Shown here piece after piece: positions 63,383 through 64,000 of a stretch of 64,000 nt of DNA. The DNA lies in NCBI GenBank assembly GCA_036172245.1, contig JAYWIR010000024.1, positions 2,666,001 to 2,730,000 of the forward strand, in the 5' to 3' direction. The translations under genes and the position numbers were made by a program. The notes under the pieces are model-generated. The model saw nothing but the letters and a program-made list of their open reading frames with translations. It did no database searches and was not told where the DNA came from. Source of the DNA: Raillietiella orientalis (Eukaryota). Positions within the stretch are counted from its first letter, which is position 1. Each line of letters begins with the position of its first letter.

Positions 63383-63403
63383 AACAACAACAACAACAAC
63401 AAC
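63383..63403. repeat. (AAC)n microsatellite
   Basis: Directly visible. Confidence 0.9.
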
Positions 63404-63449
63404 AAAAAACGCACAGATGAGTTTCGTTTTCACTCAAACATTCACCCGC

Positions 63450-63850
63450 ACAGGGAAAATTTAAATGGCGACCGACCCTACCTCCGCAGTCCATGGCACC
63501 CGGGGTGGTTGCCGAAGATTGTTCTGAAGCACTGGGAAAACAGCATCTTCGGATTTGTGAACCCCTCAGCAGCGTTTTCCACGAGTTGCGAAGCTGCTTC
63601 GTACAACCACAAGCTGCACTCCACTTCTGGTCTCGGAACACCGGAAGCATTAGTCAGATGTCCTGTTGTCCTCCAACTAATCACTCTGGTAACTCTTCAC
63701 GAATAGATCTGATGCATATTTAATGGCACTTCCTGGAGACGTTCCCAGCGATGCCCACGTATGGGGGTTTCTCTGCCAAGATTTATGCTTTAAGGATAAA
63801 AAGTGAGGAGTTGCTGTTCATTGCTGACAGGGCACAACGGGGGCTGGCCG
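63450..63850 (-). pseudogene. possible ankyrin-repeat relic
   Basis: GRETP, RTTGHLTNAS and YEAASQLVENAA remnants. Confidence 0.3.
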
Positions 63851-64000
63851 AACCACCTCGAATGAACTCGGCTCGAAGTGGATTCCTTGGTGGCACCGGT
63901 GTTTTACTTTGAAAGGCAAGTAGCGACCCCACGGGGGGATGGTCACTGTTGGCCTGGGATGGTTGAAATCCTTTCGGGTTCTTTTTCTGTCTTCGCTGTT

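Overview
Eukaryotic (animal, probably arthropod/crustacean-like; inferred, not proven) genomic DNA with no intact protein-coding gene that I can support. Two layers are visible. (1) Decayed transposable elements: RLE-type non-LTR retrotransposons including Utopia-like copies whose 3' ends abut U2 snRNA sequence, L1/Tx1-like 3' fragments, six copies of a tRNA-headed SINE-like repeat, two hAT relics and a palindromic mariner derivative. (2) Between them, all on the minus strand, a dense series of frameshifted and stop-ridden relics of caspase (C14) domains (about 15), NACHT NTPase domains (3), LRR modules and ankyrin repeats. Read 5'->3' on the minus strand, the relics recur in the orders ANK-caspase-caspase and LRR-NACHT-caspase(s), which looks like the graveyard of a sensor-caspase fusion immune/cell-death gene array. 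All domain calls come from motif remnants that I recognised by eye across frameshifts. Boundaries are approximate (often +/-50-100 nt) and need frameshift-aware HMM confirmation.
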